A DNA stretch of 40,581 nucleotides, from the IMG/VR virus record IMGVR_UViG_3300032320_001173, positions 1 through 40,581 of that record, one strand, 5' to 3'. Positions within the stretch are counted from its first letter, which is position 1, and each line of letters opens with the position of its first letter. The translations under genes were made by a program, and so were the position numbers. Shown in pieces: positions 1 through 10,057 of this stretch. A model generated the notes under the pieces. The model saw only the letters and a list, made by a program, of their open reading frames with translations. It was not told where the DNA came from and made no database searches. The stretch comes from a virus. Its lineage: Duplodnaviria > Caudoviricetes.

Positions 1-2
1 AA

Positions 3-1616
3 GTAATTACACCTACACCACTTGTAGAGGAATCTACACCTGTAGAAGTTGTAGAACAAGAAACTCTTGCTAGTGATATAACTATTGAAGAAGACGTTCC
101 AACGCAAGAGTCTATTATAGACGGTGTTTTAAAAGGTACAATTACAGATGAAGATGCGGTTGACTTACTAATTAACATCGGTCTAACTGAAGAGCAGGCT
201 ATTGAAAAAATTGAATCTGCAAAATATACTTCAGTTAGTGAAGAACCTCAAGTAGCTATTGAACCTGTATTACCTGAAACAGACGAAGCTAAAACAGCCT
301 CGATTATTGAAACCATTGTAGATGACGTTGTTACTAGTGAAGAAGTCGCTGAAATTGTTGAAGAATCTAATAATACAGATACTGCTGACAGTATTAGAAC
401 TCGACTTAAATTTCATTTGGCGCGTATTTATGAAAAAATTAAGAACTCTAGTAATGCCGATGAAGCTTACTTAGTACAAGACTTAGAAAATATTGGTGAG
501 AGTAAATCTTTTGTGAATGTTTTTAAAAAGGCGTTCAAAAAACTAATGCTGTTTTTAGCGTTAGCGGGGGTTTCTTTAACTACTTGGCCATTTGTTGTTC
601 CTACGCAGTTTAATAATATAAGCCAAAATATTAATCGCCTTTTAGAGAAGAAAGGTATTATTTCTGTAGAAGAGAAGGCTGTGGAGATTGCCGAACCTAT
701 AACCAAACAAATAAATTACAAGGACGGTTTACAGCAGTATAAAAAATCACTTACTTATACTCAAATTATCGGGGCAGTAAAAGATGAGCGCTCTCCCGCA
801 CCTAAAGACTCTTTAGTCATGATGCGTAATCAGTTTTTAAATGAGGACGGTTATAACTATAAAGCAGGCGCAGTCAAAAGTCGAAGTAACCAAACCGATG
901 CGTACTACAACGTTGCTGGTGTAATGCACTTCATGATTTTAGATGATTTCGGTGTAGATTTTACTAGTCGCACAACTATGTCTGAATTAAATGCAGCATC
1001 TAAAGAATTTAAGAAGCGTATCGGTAAAGATATTAAAATAACTGATTACGTACCAGTAGCTACTATTGTAAATAGAAAACAAGGAATAGTAAATATAAAG
1101 TACAAAGAAGCTAAAGACGTTTTACCTACAGACATAGCAGTAACAAAACTCGTACAATGGAACGCTGCCGACATTAATTTTAACAACAGTGTATCAGCCT
1201 CAGCGTTTGGGTTTTCACCTAAAAGTAATATACGCGCATTGACTGACAAATCGGGTAACGCAATTCCTTCACTTTTGTTTAAAAATATGAAAGCTTTTAG
1301 CCGTTTTAGCGGTGCATCTGTAGTTTTACTGTTTAAAGATACTATGGGCAACGTTATAGCACGAGATTTTTCAGGTTCTTTGCATTCTTTAAATAGAGAA
1401 CTTGAAAATATTACCTCTTCTTTTGGTATATCGCGAAGTACAATAACAGTAGGTGTATATGATGCTGGTTCTTATACGGGTAAACCAAAAGCTAAAGACG
1501 GTACCGTCTATTACAGTCAATATTCTGGATTTAATCAACTCCATCCTAATTCTGCTGGTTCGCTAATGATTCGTACAGAAAGTATTAACGAAACTGTGGG
1601 CAGATGTGGTTTGTAA
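3..1616 (+). CDS. Large virion/ejection-cassette protein, C-terminal part (5'-truncated by the window)
   Basis: The frame is open from position 3 (VITPTPLVEESTPVEVVEQ...), so TTG at 417 is not the true start. Acidic E/T/P-rich region, one hydrophobic helix (LMLFLALAGVSLTTWPFVV), ends VGRCGL. Directly upstream of the phage RNAP. Confidence 0.7.
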   Translation, partial: VITPTPLVEESTPVEVVEQETLASDITIEEDVPTQESIIDGVLKGTITDEDAVDLLINIGLTEEQAIEKIESAKYTSVSEEPQVAIEPVLPETDEAKTASIIETIVDDVVTSEEVAEIVEESNNTDTADSIRTRLKFHLARIYEKIKNSSNADEAYLVQDLENIGESKSFVNVFKKAFKKLMLFLALAGVSLTTWPFVVPTQFNNISQNINRLLEKKGIISVEEKAVEIAEPITKQINYKDGLQQYKKSLTYTQIIGAVKDERSPAPKDSLVMMRNQFLNEDGYNYKAGAVKSRSNQTDAYYNVAGVMHFMILDDFGVDFTSRTTMSELNAASKEFKKRIGKDIKITDYVPVATIVNRKQGIVNIKYKEAKDVLPTDIAVTKLVQWNAADINFNNSVSASAFGFSPKSNIRALTDKSGNAIPSLLFKNMKAFSRFSGASVVLLFKDTMGNVIARDFSGSLHSLNRELENITSSFGISRSTITVGVYDAGSYTGKPKAKDGTVYYSQYSGFNQLHPNSAGSLMIRTESINETVGRCGL

Positions 1617-1621
1617 AATAT

Positions 1622-1629
1622 TATCTTTG
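1622..1629 (+). promoter_or_regulatory. Bacteroidota sigmaA -7 element (TAnnTTTG) upstream of RNAP gene
   Basis: TATCTTTG(C) in the short intergenic gap, 5 nt before ATG 1635. No TTTG at the canonical -33 spacing. Confidence 0.45.
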
Positions 1630-1634
1630 CGTTG

Positions 1635-4600
1635 ATGAATATCTGTGTATCTCCCGGACTTGCTAATAAATTAGACCCATTTGGCGGAAGGGTTTTTTCA
1701 ACTGTTTTATATAAAGAAGCAGCCAACACATTTAGAGATAAGTACCCTACATTTGAAGTAGATGACATAGATATATCTTACAATAGTAAAGCAGCAAAGC
1801 CACTAACAGTTAAATTTAAGATAGGTAACGATGTATTAGATTTTAGTGAAGCTGCTAATAACATATATACTTTTATTTTTAGCGGTAAAACAGATTACCA
1901 CGCATATAATGTTGTAGAGTTAATAACCAATTTTGGTATTGCTCAAGACACTCCTCAATATAAATTTGTAGAGGGTGCAGTTAGCACTTATAATCAAAAA
2001 ACGCTGTCTGAAAAAGTACAAATTTCTAAACAAATCAAAAAGTCATTAAAAACTGGCGACATACAATTTACTGACGATTCTTTATACGCAGAGTTTTCAG
2101 CTTTTGTTTTTAAGACTAATCAAGGCGGTAAATGGTTTGCTAACATTAGTGATTACAAACAACATCCGAATCAGAAAACTATTGGTGAAACTTTAGACGA
2201 TTACATTAAATATTCTAAAAAACAGGGTGTACTAAGTTACATACAAGAACAAGGCGAAATGGAGCGTAAAATCAGTATTCTAAAAGACAAGCTCGCAGGT
2301 TTTAGAGTGTCTTTAGAAGAAGTAGAAGATAATAAAGAAGAAGGTGACCAATTTAATAAAGATGCAAATATGCAATCTGCATCTTCGTATGCAGGCTCTC
2401 AAGTTAAACTTTACCTGTCGACAATAAAAAACCCTAGCGGTAAATTCTACACTAGTGAGCAGCTTATTGGAATGCTGATTCAAGAGTTAGAAGGTCTTAG
2501 CGATGAACAGGTAGTGCAAAAATTAAAAGATGCTGCACCGGGTTCCTATTTAAATCAGATTTATAACGACTTGTATGAAACTCGTGTTTTAGAAGTTGAC
2601 CCTAAAACACCATTAGCCGTATTAGAAGCCATTAACGACCAAGAACGTACTAAACTACGCTTTGACTTTCAAGCGTTTGTACAAAAAGTAAAGACTCCGC
2701 CTTTGGCTACATTTAGAGACGGTGATATTACTATGCTTACTAATAAGCTTGTAGAGAATCAAACTTACGTAATACGTAAAAACATAAATGCAGCGCTTGT
2801 TAAACTTGCAAGCGGAACGTCTTTTGATGTTACTCCATTATTTGTAAATTCAAAAACATCCGGCAAAGAAATTTTATCTGTCGACCCAGCTATCGCACAA
2901 AGTTTTTCTATTACTATGAGAACTTTAAACGAGGTTGGTTACAATGCCGCAACTTCTGATGTTATTACTGATTTTGTTAAACACCTATATCAAATAGGTA
3001 TAATACCATCTTTATTCGAAAATGCTGAAGAAGCTCAAAACTTTATAGGTAATTTAGATGCCGATGAGCAAAACTCACTATTTAACGCTTTAAGAAGTTT
3101 ATCGTCAGCTTTATTAGACGTAGCAGCTGAGTCTAATTTAAAAGAATCCGCACATACAATATTCGAAAACCAAACTAATCAAGCTGCGTCGGCAGACAAT
3201 GTACCTTTTTTAAAAATAGCTGCTAACGCTTATGACCAAGTAATTGAGTCTATCTTAGCTAAAAATAATCAGTACGTAAGAGCGTACGTGTACTTTAAAG
3301 ATAACGGAAGTAAAGTATATGCACTTTCATTACCAACTACTGTTCACAGAACTATAGCTAATTTTAAAGCATCTTCAAGATTGCCGTATTCTGTATCTGC
3401 TAATGTACCGCAAAGTAGAATAAACAGTATATCTGTAGCTGAATATGTACAACACGAAGACAATAGCGAAGACCAAGAACTAGTATTTAGCTCGTTCCAA
3501 AAAGATGACCACTTTAAAGGTATAGTTGCTTTATTAGCGCGAGGGCATAATCCATTTTCTCGAGCAGCTGAACGTGGTATTCAAAGAACTTTATCGGTAG
3601 ATTTATTAGATGCAACTCCCAATACTGTTATAAACACTTTAGGTAATAGGCTTGTGTATGAAATTACAACAGCTGTTTACAACAAACTAATGCTTAAATC
3701 TAACCCTAAACTATTTAAAGGGTTACATTTTAGTGGTGTGGCAACTAAGTTACGGCAGTTCGAATCGTTTGAATTAGATTCTGTAATAGACACGATTGCG
3801 AGTCGACTTGAAAATGCTGAAATTACCCCTGAAAATATCAGAGCTACTGTTATAGAAACCCTTGGTTTTGAAACTGATGGTGACTTTGCCGTTGTACCCT
3901 CAGAGGACACAGACTTACGAAGTAAAATTTATTCTACGTTTATTGATAAAAATACGCAGCAGTTTGAAAAATACCTTACTAAGTATTATGGAGAATTTAA
4001 CGGTCAGAGATTAAAAAACACTTTTGGTGTAGCATTTGCCAGATTATTTACTGAAGACTTCGGTTTAGAAGTAGTACCCAATTCTTTAATAGCTGAAAAA
4101 CTTGCGTCTATATTTTTAGAAAGTAAGAACTTAGAGTTCTCTTTGATTTTTGGTGACGTTGGTAATGTATCCGCTACAAACTTTAACAAACGAGCTACTC
4201 TTTATCAGTCTACTAAACAGGCAAACTTAACGTCTGAAATTACTGCCGAAACTATGGACCAACTATTTACAAGAATAGATGGTCGTAATAGATTAAGCTT
4301 ATATCAAACGTTTGGTGAAATTCCACTAACAAGTCTTTTACTAAACGAGCTACAAGTTAGTGGCTCTCCATTTGAAAAATACTTACGTAAATACTACACT
4401 AGGTCTTTATCGCCTATTTACACAGACCCGACAGCTTTAAAAAACGCAGTCGATAAAGCTGTTAGTGCAGATATTGACGCTGCTGACGGTGCTACGTTTA
4501 TTTCACTTGACCACATTAGAGATTATTTTTTACAAAATCAAGCTACTCAGTGGACAAGTAAACACGAACAATTGTTTCAATACGAAGCTCAGAAACAGTT

Positions 4601-7600
4601 ATGGTCTTACATAATTAACGGATTAACCTATGAAGATTTTGGTATTAAAGACCAAAGCGGACCGCTAATGACTATTGACCAGTTTAACGCTATATTTAGT
4701 AAACACTTATCACAGCCTCTTACTGAAGAAAACATTACATCATTTAGACCAGAAAACTTTGGTGTTGTAATTAAACCCGAAGATATATCTGTAAGTTTTG
4801 GTCTGATTAAACCCGCAGGCACTAGTCGTATATTAGGACGTCAAATTAATAATGACCTTATTGTAGAACCTTTTAGTGTTAACCACATTAACGCTAACAT
4901 TAAAACAGCGGGAACTTTACGTACAACATCTACTGCAAATCTTGTAGAGGTCGAGTATAAAGGTAAAAAAGTTCTTGTACCTAGTCCGACTAATACAAAC
5001 TACAAAATGCTTGCATATATGTTTGCAGGTAAAATTGACCACTTAGCTATGCCGTCTGCTCGTAAAGAATCTAAAGATTCTGCTAACGATAGTGTTAAGG
5101 TGTCAAAAGAAAAAGGATTTACAGTAAATAGTAAGTCTGACTATGTGGTAGATTTTGTATCAGGTATAGGTTATGGTAAACAGGTTGATACTGCCACAGA
5201 AGAAAAAAACAAAGTAACGTTATCTACACAGCTTCGCCGTCTTGTAGGTCTTAACATGGTACATATTATAGATACTATGTATTCAGACAATCCGGAGATG
5301 CGAGATTCGAAGCGTAAGAATTTAGATGACGCACTTAATGAATTATTTAACGGCTTAAACGCTATGTCGTTAAACAAATTCGTGTCAAATCTTACTGAAC
5401 TCGGATTTGAGTTTAGCAATCAAAATGGTCAAATCAAGTTTAAATTTGATTCTACAGACGAGCAAAAACGTGTAGAGTTGATAAATAAACTTCTTAGTGC
5501 GTACTCAAGCAGGTCTGTAAATCTTGCAGTAAAAGACAGTCTTGAATTTTTACTAGACTCTACCGACGGTTACTTTAAATTTGACCTTACTCTTGCTAAA
5601 GATGATGTTGAAAACAGTTTATCTAAAGTAGTTAAAGGCGCAAACAATATAAAAGTTTACGGTGAGGGGTTCGTACAGGATACTGGGTTTGGTTATGACG
5701 AAAGCCTTAGAATGTATTCATATACTGAAGGCGCAGAAGAAATTACACGCGCAGAAGTAATGGTACCATTACCTAGGAAATTAGTCTTCTACGTTAATAA
5801 AAATTACAAAGGCAGTTCTTTTGAAGAACGTCTGCAAAAATTTAATAGTGATGTACAAACGTTTAATGAAACTGGTAAAGGATTACCGAGTGATTTTAAA
5901 CAAGTGTTAAACTTCATCGCTAACCGTACGCCATCTCAATCTACAGCGTCTGTTGAAGCTTTCAACATTAAAAAGTTTTTAGTGCCGTGGGCAGGTCCTC
6001 GTATTGTATTACCTTTAGAGTTTCCATTAAAATCAGGTTCCGACTATGACGTCGATAAATTGTCGTCTTATTTGAACTCATTTACTTTTGATAATAATGG
6101 TAATCCCATCGTCACGCTCATCAATTCAACAGACTCAGTAGAGACTGTTGCGCTTAAGTTGGCAGAATACTATGTAAACGAGACAAAAACAGCGGGTAAG
6201 TTTAGTGTGTCTGACGATTTACTTTCGACAATCAATTTAATTTACGTTGGTTCTAGCTACAATCAGAAAGATTTAGATGTTGCAAGTGCTAGGTCCACTG
6301 AAGTACAGCAAATACTTAAAGAGCTTAGTGATGTTAAAAGTGAGTTGGTTGAAATAAAAGGTGACGAAATAACTAATCAAAGCATAAAGTTATATAATAC
6401 TATACAAAAAGAGCTTAGGCCGATAGAAAGTAAAATATTAGCTACTTCTGGTACGCTTAAAAACAAGCAGACTAAAATCGAAGCTGCTGAATTAGAGCTC
6501 TACAAAAAACACTGGTCTCAATATTTTAAAGAAGAAATTAACGATTACGATGTTTTTAAAACTAATCTTGCTAGTACGGTACAGTATACTGAAGACCAAA
6601 TTAAAGCTATTCAACTGGCTAAGCAAAAACTTTACAATTTTGTAAAACAACTTATCAATGACGCTAACGCTAAAAATCTTAACGGTGTAGAACTAGTTAC
6701 ACCTACTAGCGTACACTCCAATAATTTTGTAAACAACTACGCAAAAATTTATTTACAGCCTGAAAACATTGATTTGATTTATTCTCCAATCGGGGCCCCG
6801 TATTTAAAAACATTAGCTACTGAAACACTTGCTAAGAAAAGCGCTGTAAAAACTTACGCGGATTTATTTACCATAGAACACGAACTTGAAACTTTTGAGG
6901 CGTTTATGGGTGGTGATAAATCTATTGGTCAAGCAGCTATTGCTAACGTACTACATTCATTAGCTCAGCATAAACCAATCAGACTTGTAGATTCAGATTT
7001 ACTTTCTGTAGGATTACTTTTTGAAAAGCGTGCAAAAGAATTTTTAATTGGTTATTTATATGACGGTGCTGGAAGGCTAAAATCAGATACTTACAACGAA
7101 CAAATTACAGGTTATGTAGACGTAGCTAAAGACCCGTTTATTATGCGCTTATTGGTCAATTTACGTACGTATAACATATTTCATTTTATGCATGAAGTAT
7201 ACGGCGTACCACCTGACCATATTACTAAATTTTTTGCACTGCCCGGTATTTATGAAAGATTAACTAATAAGGGTGCGATACTACCTTCGCCTAACGATGA
7301 GTTCGTAAGCAAAGTAAAAAAATTAGCTGAGAATTTACCTCAAGGCGATTCTTATAACAACATCGGAGACACACTATTAGACAAGTTCTATTGGTACAAT
7401 TTACAACAGTTTGCAGAAGAAGGTCAAGAAATAACTATTGACTACATTAATGAACTTACTGATGAACAGCTTGCGCAGTTATTTAAAAATGCTAAAATAA
7501 CTCAATCAGATATTAAAATGCTGCTAAAGGCAAATTTTACTATGCAGCCTTTATTAATTGGTTCTAAGCAACTTAAAAACCTTAAAAATTACCAACGACC

Positions 7601-9554
7601 GGATTCATCGTTTGTTCAAAAAGCTATATCTATACGATTAAAAGAATTTGACGTTAAAGAACTTTTTGAAGAATCTGTTTTTGACACGGCTGATATTAGT
7701 CGATTTATTTCTGAAACTTATCTTAAACAACAGCAAGATAATCAGTTTTCATTAATAACATCTGAATCGTTTAATAAACTTGGTTTAGGTAATAAAGGTA
7801 TATTTAGCGAATTCTTCTTAATGGAAGACAGGCGAATAGTAGATAATATTATTAACCTGTATTTGCCTTCAATATCTAGTATATCTTTACCGGAACGTGT
7901 GTTAGATAACAAGCTTCGTAAAATTAACGATATTATACTTACAGGACTATTTAGCGCTGCAACAGGGTTAAAATCTAAATTTGAAGACCTTTTACTGAAA
8001 GAAGATTTTCATAACGCATTACACACTATAAAATCTGAAATTCAGGAGCAAGATTCTTTACTAGATACCGAGAAAGAAAAAGTACTTAAGTTTATCAATA
8101 AACTACTTGCTAACACTAAAAGTCTTGCTAGTACTAAAGATAAAAAACCTATAGATGTTGTAAACGCTGTAAACGTATTTAACGAAAAAGCAGCTATTGA
8201 TGAGCAGTATATGTTAAAAGACGCGTTTGATATTTTATCTGTAGCTGATTTTACTGACCCTGATACAGGTGATGCTACTGAATTATCAGAAGCTGTAGAT
8301 TTGTTTAATAGTGAAATAGTAAACTTAATGATGCTTCAATTTGGGTTTGTTAATGGACCTAACCCTTGGAAGACTACGATACCTCAATACTCTTTACGAC
8401 CTATGGTTACTAAGTTTATTCAAGACTTTGTAGCGGGAGGTAAAATGACACCTGATTTATTACAATCTATTGCTTTTCAAGTAGCACAAACTAACAACTT
8501 ATACAATAGACATATTGGAGAAGCTGAATTACTTACACCGTTTTTAAAACAATTCCGTCCGGGAGACCCAGAACGTTTTAAACCTAAATATCCAAAAGCA
8601 TATCCTAGCCCTCAATACAACGAAACACAAATTACTTTTAATGCCGACGAGCTAACCGAAGATACTTATTTATATTCAGTTGTAGATTTCTTAAACAAAA
8701 TGTCAGTTTTTCCAGTAACAAGACTAACAGTTTCAAGTCAGAACCAAGACGGTCAGTGGTATACCGTAGAAAAACCGATGTATTTAGTACGTTCTGTAGT
8801 ATATACGGATAATGGTTTAACTATCACATTTGAAAAATTAAATAACCTTAACAAACTCTATAATTTATCAGGTGAATACGAGGCTAGTCCTAATATACCT
8901 AAACACGGTTTTAAATCAAACTTAACGTCAAACAATATTGTTTTAGATAGTAAAGCAGCTACAGAGGTAGCGTACAATACTTTACCTCAAATTACTAAAA
9001 ACATTAAAGAAATTTTAAGCAAACTCCAAAAAACTAAAGGTATAAAAACGCAGCCAACAACTGAAACACAAACACCTGCAACTCAACAAACTATTGAAAA
9101 TAAAAGTTTTAAATTATCTGTCGATAAAAAAGGTAAAGACCAAGGTAAAGCTGATTTAGCTAACGCGCTAATTACTTATCCTAATACAGGTACATCTAGC
9201 TACACTTACATGCAAGATGCTAAGAAACAAAGCATTCCTGTAAACGAAGAAATTATAGCTAGTTCTAAAGTAGTTGCAATGGTTTCTGTTAATGGTAATA
9301 ATAAAGCAACTAAACAACAATTAGATGATACTATTGCAGAAGCTAATCGAATTATTCAAGCTGGTGGTACAGTTATTATGGATTCTACATCTGACGCAAA
9401 CAGGTCTTGGAATAAGTCTGGTGAAGCTATAGTTCAGAAAGCTCTTGGTGTACCTACAGGTCAGACTTTAAAAGGCTATAATTACTGGGGGCCAAATCCC
9501 GAAATTACCCAACAACCTGACGGTACTACACCATCAAATTGCAAACCTAGTTAA
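1635..9554 (+). CDS. crAss-like virion DNA-dependent RNA polymerase (single-chain two-barrel, phi14:2 gp66-like)
   Basis: Catalytic DxDxD in GSDYDVDK (nt 6042-6056), upstream RTPSQ (RxP), DGATFIS, SARK/GKQ lysines, VDVAKDP. Size and context match. Start ATG 1635 (TTG 1632 alternative). Confidence 0.92.
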   Translation: MNICVSPGLANKLDPFGGRVFSTVLYKEAANTFRDKYPTFEVDDIDISYNSKAAKPLTVKFKIGNDVLDFSEAANNIYTFIFSGKTDYHAYNVVELITNFGIAQDTPQYKFVEGAVSTYNQKTLSEKVQISKQIKKSLKTGDIQFTDDSLYAEFSAFVFKTNQGGKWFANISDYKQHPNQKTIGETLDDYIKYSKKQGVLSYIQEQGEMERKISILKDKLAGFRVSLEEVEDNKEEGDQFNKDANMQSASSYAGSQVKLYLSTIKNPSGKFYTSEQLIGMLIQELEGLSDEQVVQKLKDAAPGSYLNQIYNDLYETRVLEVDPKTPLAVLEAINDQERTKLRFDFQAFVQKVKTPPLATFRDGDITMLTNKLVENQTYVIRKNINAALVKLASGTSFDVTPLFVNSKTSGKEILSVDPAIAQSFSITMRTLNEVGYNAATSDVITDFVKHLYQIGIIPSLFENAEEAQNFIGNLDADEQNSLFNALRSLSSALLDVAAESNLKESAHTIFENQTNQAASADNVPFLKIAANAYDQVIESILAKNNQYVRAYVYFKDNGSKVYALSLPTTVHRTIANFKASSRLPYSVSANVPQSRINSISVAEYVQHEDNSEDQELVFSSFQKDDHFKGIVALLARGHNPFSRAAERGIQRTLSVDLLDATPNTVINTLGNRLVYEITTAVYNKLMLKSNPKLFKGLHFSGVATKLRQFESFELDSVIDTIASRLENAEITPENIRATVIETLGFETDGDFAVVPSEDTDLRSKIYSTFIDKNTQQFEKYLTKYYGEFNGQRLKNTFGVAFARLFTEDFGLEVVPNSLIAEKLASIFLESKNLEFSLIFGDVGNVSATNFNKRATLYQSTKQANLTSEITAETMDQLFTRIDGRNRLSLYQTFGEIPLTSLLLNELQVSGSPFEKYLRKYYTRSLSPIYTDPTALKNAVDKAVSADIDAADGATFISLDHIRDYFLQNQATQWTSKHEQLFQYEAQKQLWSYIINGLTYEDFGIKDQSGPLMTIDQFNAIFSKHLSQPLTEENITSFRPENFGVVIKPEDISVSFGLIKPAGTSRILGRQINNDLIVEPFSVNHINANIKTAGTLRTTSTANLVEVEYKGKKVLVPSPTNTNYKMLAYMFAGKIDHLAMPSARKESKDSANDSVKVSKEKGFTVNSKSDYVVDFVSGIGYGKQVDTATEEKNKVTLSTQLRRLVGLNMVHIIDTMYSDNPEMRDSKRKNLDDALNELFNGLNAMSLNKFVSNLTELGFEFSNQNGQIKFKFDSTDEQKRVELINKLLSAYSSRSVNLAVKDSLEFLLDSTDGYFKFDLTLAKDDVENSLSKVVKGANNIKVYGEGFVQDTGFGYDESLRMYSYTEGAEEITRAEVMVPLPRKLVFYVNKNYKGSSFEERLQKFNSDVQTFNETGKGLPSDFKQVLNFIANRTPSQSTASVEAFNIKKFLVPWAGPRIVLPLEFPLKSGSDYDVDKLSSYLNSFTFDNNGNPIVTLINSTDSVETVALKLAEYYVNETKTAGKFSVSDDLLSTINLIYVGSSYNQKDLDVASARSTEVQQILKELSDVKSELVEIKGDEITNQSIKLYNTIQKELRPIESKILATSGTLKNKQTKIEAAELELYKKHWSQYFKEEINDYDVFKTNLASTVQYTEDQIKAIQLAKQKLYNFVKQLINDANAKNLNGVELVTPTSVHSNNFVNNYAKIYLQPENIDLIYSPIGAPYLKTLATETLAKKSAVKTYADLFTIEHELETFEAFMGGDKSIGQAAIANVLHSLAQHKPIRLVDSDLLSVGLLFEKRAKEFLIGYLYDGAGRLKSDTYNEQITGYVDVAKDPFIMRLLVNLRTYNIFHFMHEVYGVPPDHITKFFALPGIYERLTNKGAILPSPNDEFVSKVKKLAENLPQGDSYNNIGDTLLDKFYWYNLQQFAEEGQEITIDYINELTDEQLAQLFKNAKITQSDIKMLLKANFTMQPLLIGSKQLKNLKNYQRPDSSFVQKAISIRLKEFDVKELFEESVFDTADISRFISETYLKQQQDNQFSLITSESFNKLGLGNKGIFSEFFLMEDRRIVDNIINLYLPSISSISLPERVLDNKLRKINDIILTGLFSAATGLKSKFEDLLLKEDFHNALHTIKSEIQEQDSLLDTEKEKVLKFINKLLANTKSLASTKDKKPIDVVNAVNVFNEKAAIDEQYMLKDAFDILSVADFTDPDTGDATELSEAVDLFNSEIVNLMMLQFGFVNGPNPWKTTIPQYSLRPMVTKFIQDFVAGGKMTPDLLQSIAFQVAQTNNLYNRHIGEAELLTPFLKQFRPGDPERFKPKYPKAYPSPQYNETQITFNADELTEDTYLYSVVDFLNKMSVFPVTRLTVSSQNQDGQWYTVEKPMYLVRSVVYTDNGLTITFEKLNNLNKLYNLSGEYEASPNIPKHGFKSNLTSNNIVLDSKAATEVAYNTLPQITKNIKEILSKLQKTKGIKTQPTTETQTPATQQTIENKSFKLSVDKKGKDQGKADLANALITYPNTGTSSYTYMQDAKKQSIPVNEEIIASSKVVAMVSVNGNNKATKQQLDDTIAEANRIIQAGGTVIMDSTSDANRSWNKSGEAIVQKALGVPTGQTLKGYNYWGPNPEITQQPDGTTPSNCKPS

Positions 9555-9556
9555 AT

Positions 9557-10057
9557 ATGAAAAACACACTAATATCAGAGAAAGCAGTTAAGTTACTGAC
9601 TTACCGCATCCAACAAGAAGAACTTTCTAGTCGTCTGTACGAACAAATGGCTTTGTTCTTAGACGACAAGGGTTATAAAAACTCTGCTAAAGTATGGTTC
9701 AAATGGGCTAGCGAAGAACTTAATCACGCTAAATGGGCTAAAGACTATTTACTTGCATTTGGTTTAACACCTATGTTGCAAGATTTAGATGCACCTAAAA
9801 TTAACTTTGCTTCTTTGTGTGATGTAATTAGAAAGTCGTTTGAGCATGAGATTAATATCACTGAACAGTGTAATGAATTAGCTTCAGAATCACTGAAGTT
9901 AAACGACCACGTATTATATTCGCTGGCTACTAAATACACTCACGAACAAATCGAAGAACTCGATAAGTTGCAAACACTTATGGATATTCTCGAAACCTTT
10001 GGCGAGTCTAAAGAAGCGATGCTGTTACTTGACAGCCACATTGACGAATACATATGA
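9557..10057 (+). CDS. Ferritin-like protein
   Basis: Ferroxidase-type pattern: E..SS.LY, ASEELNHA, FEHE..IT, HEQIEE; 166 aa. Confidence 0.9.
   Translation: MKNTLISEKAVKLLTYRIQQEELSSRLYEQMALFLDDKGYKNSAKVWFKWASEELNHAKWAKDYLLAFGLTPMLQDLDAPKINFASLCDVIRKSFEHEINITEQCNELASESLKLNDHVLYSLATKYTHEQIEELDKLQTLMDILETFGESKEAMLLLDSHIDEYI

Noticed and set aside
417-419. TTG start of the 399-aa ORF
   Set aside because: The frame is open and protein-like back to the window edge.
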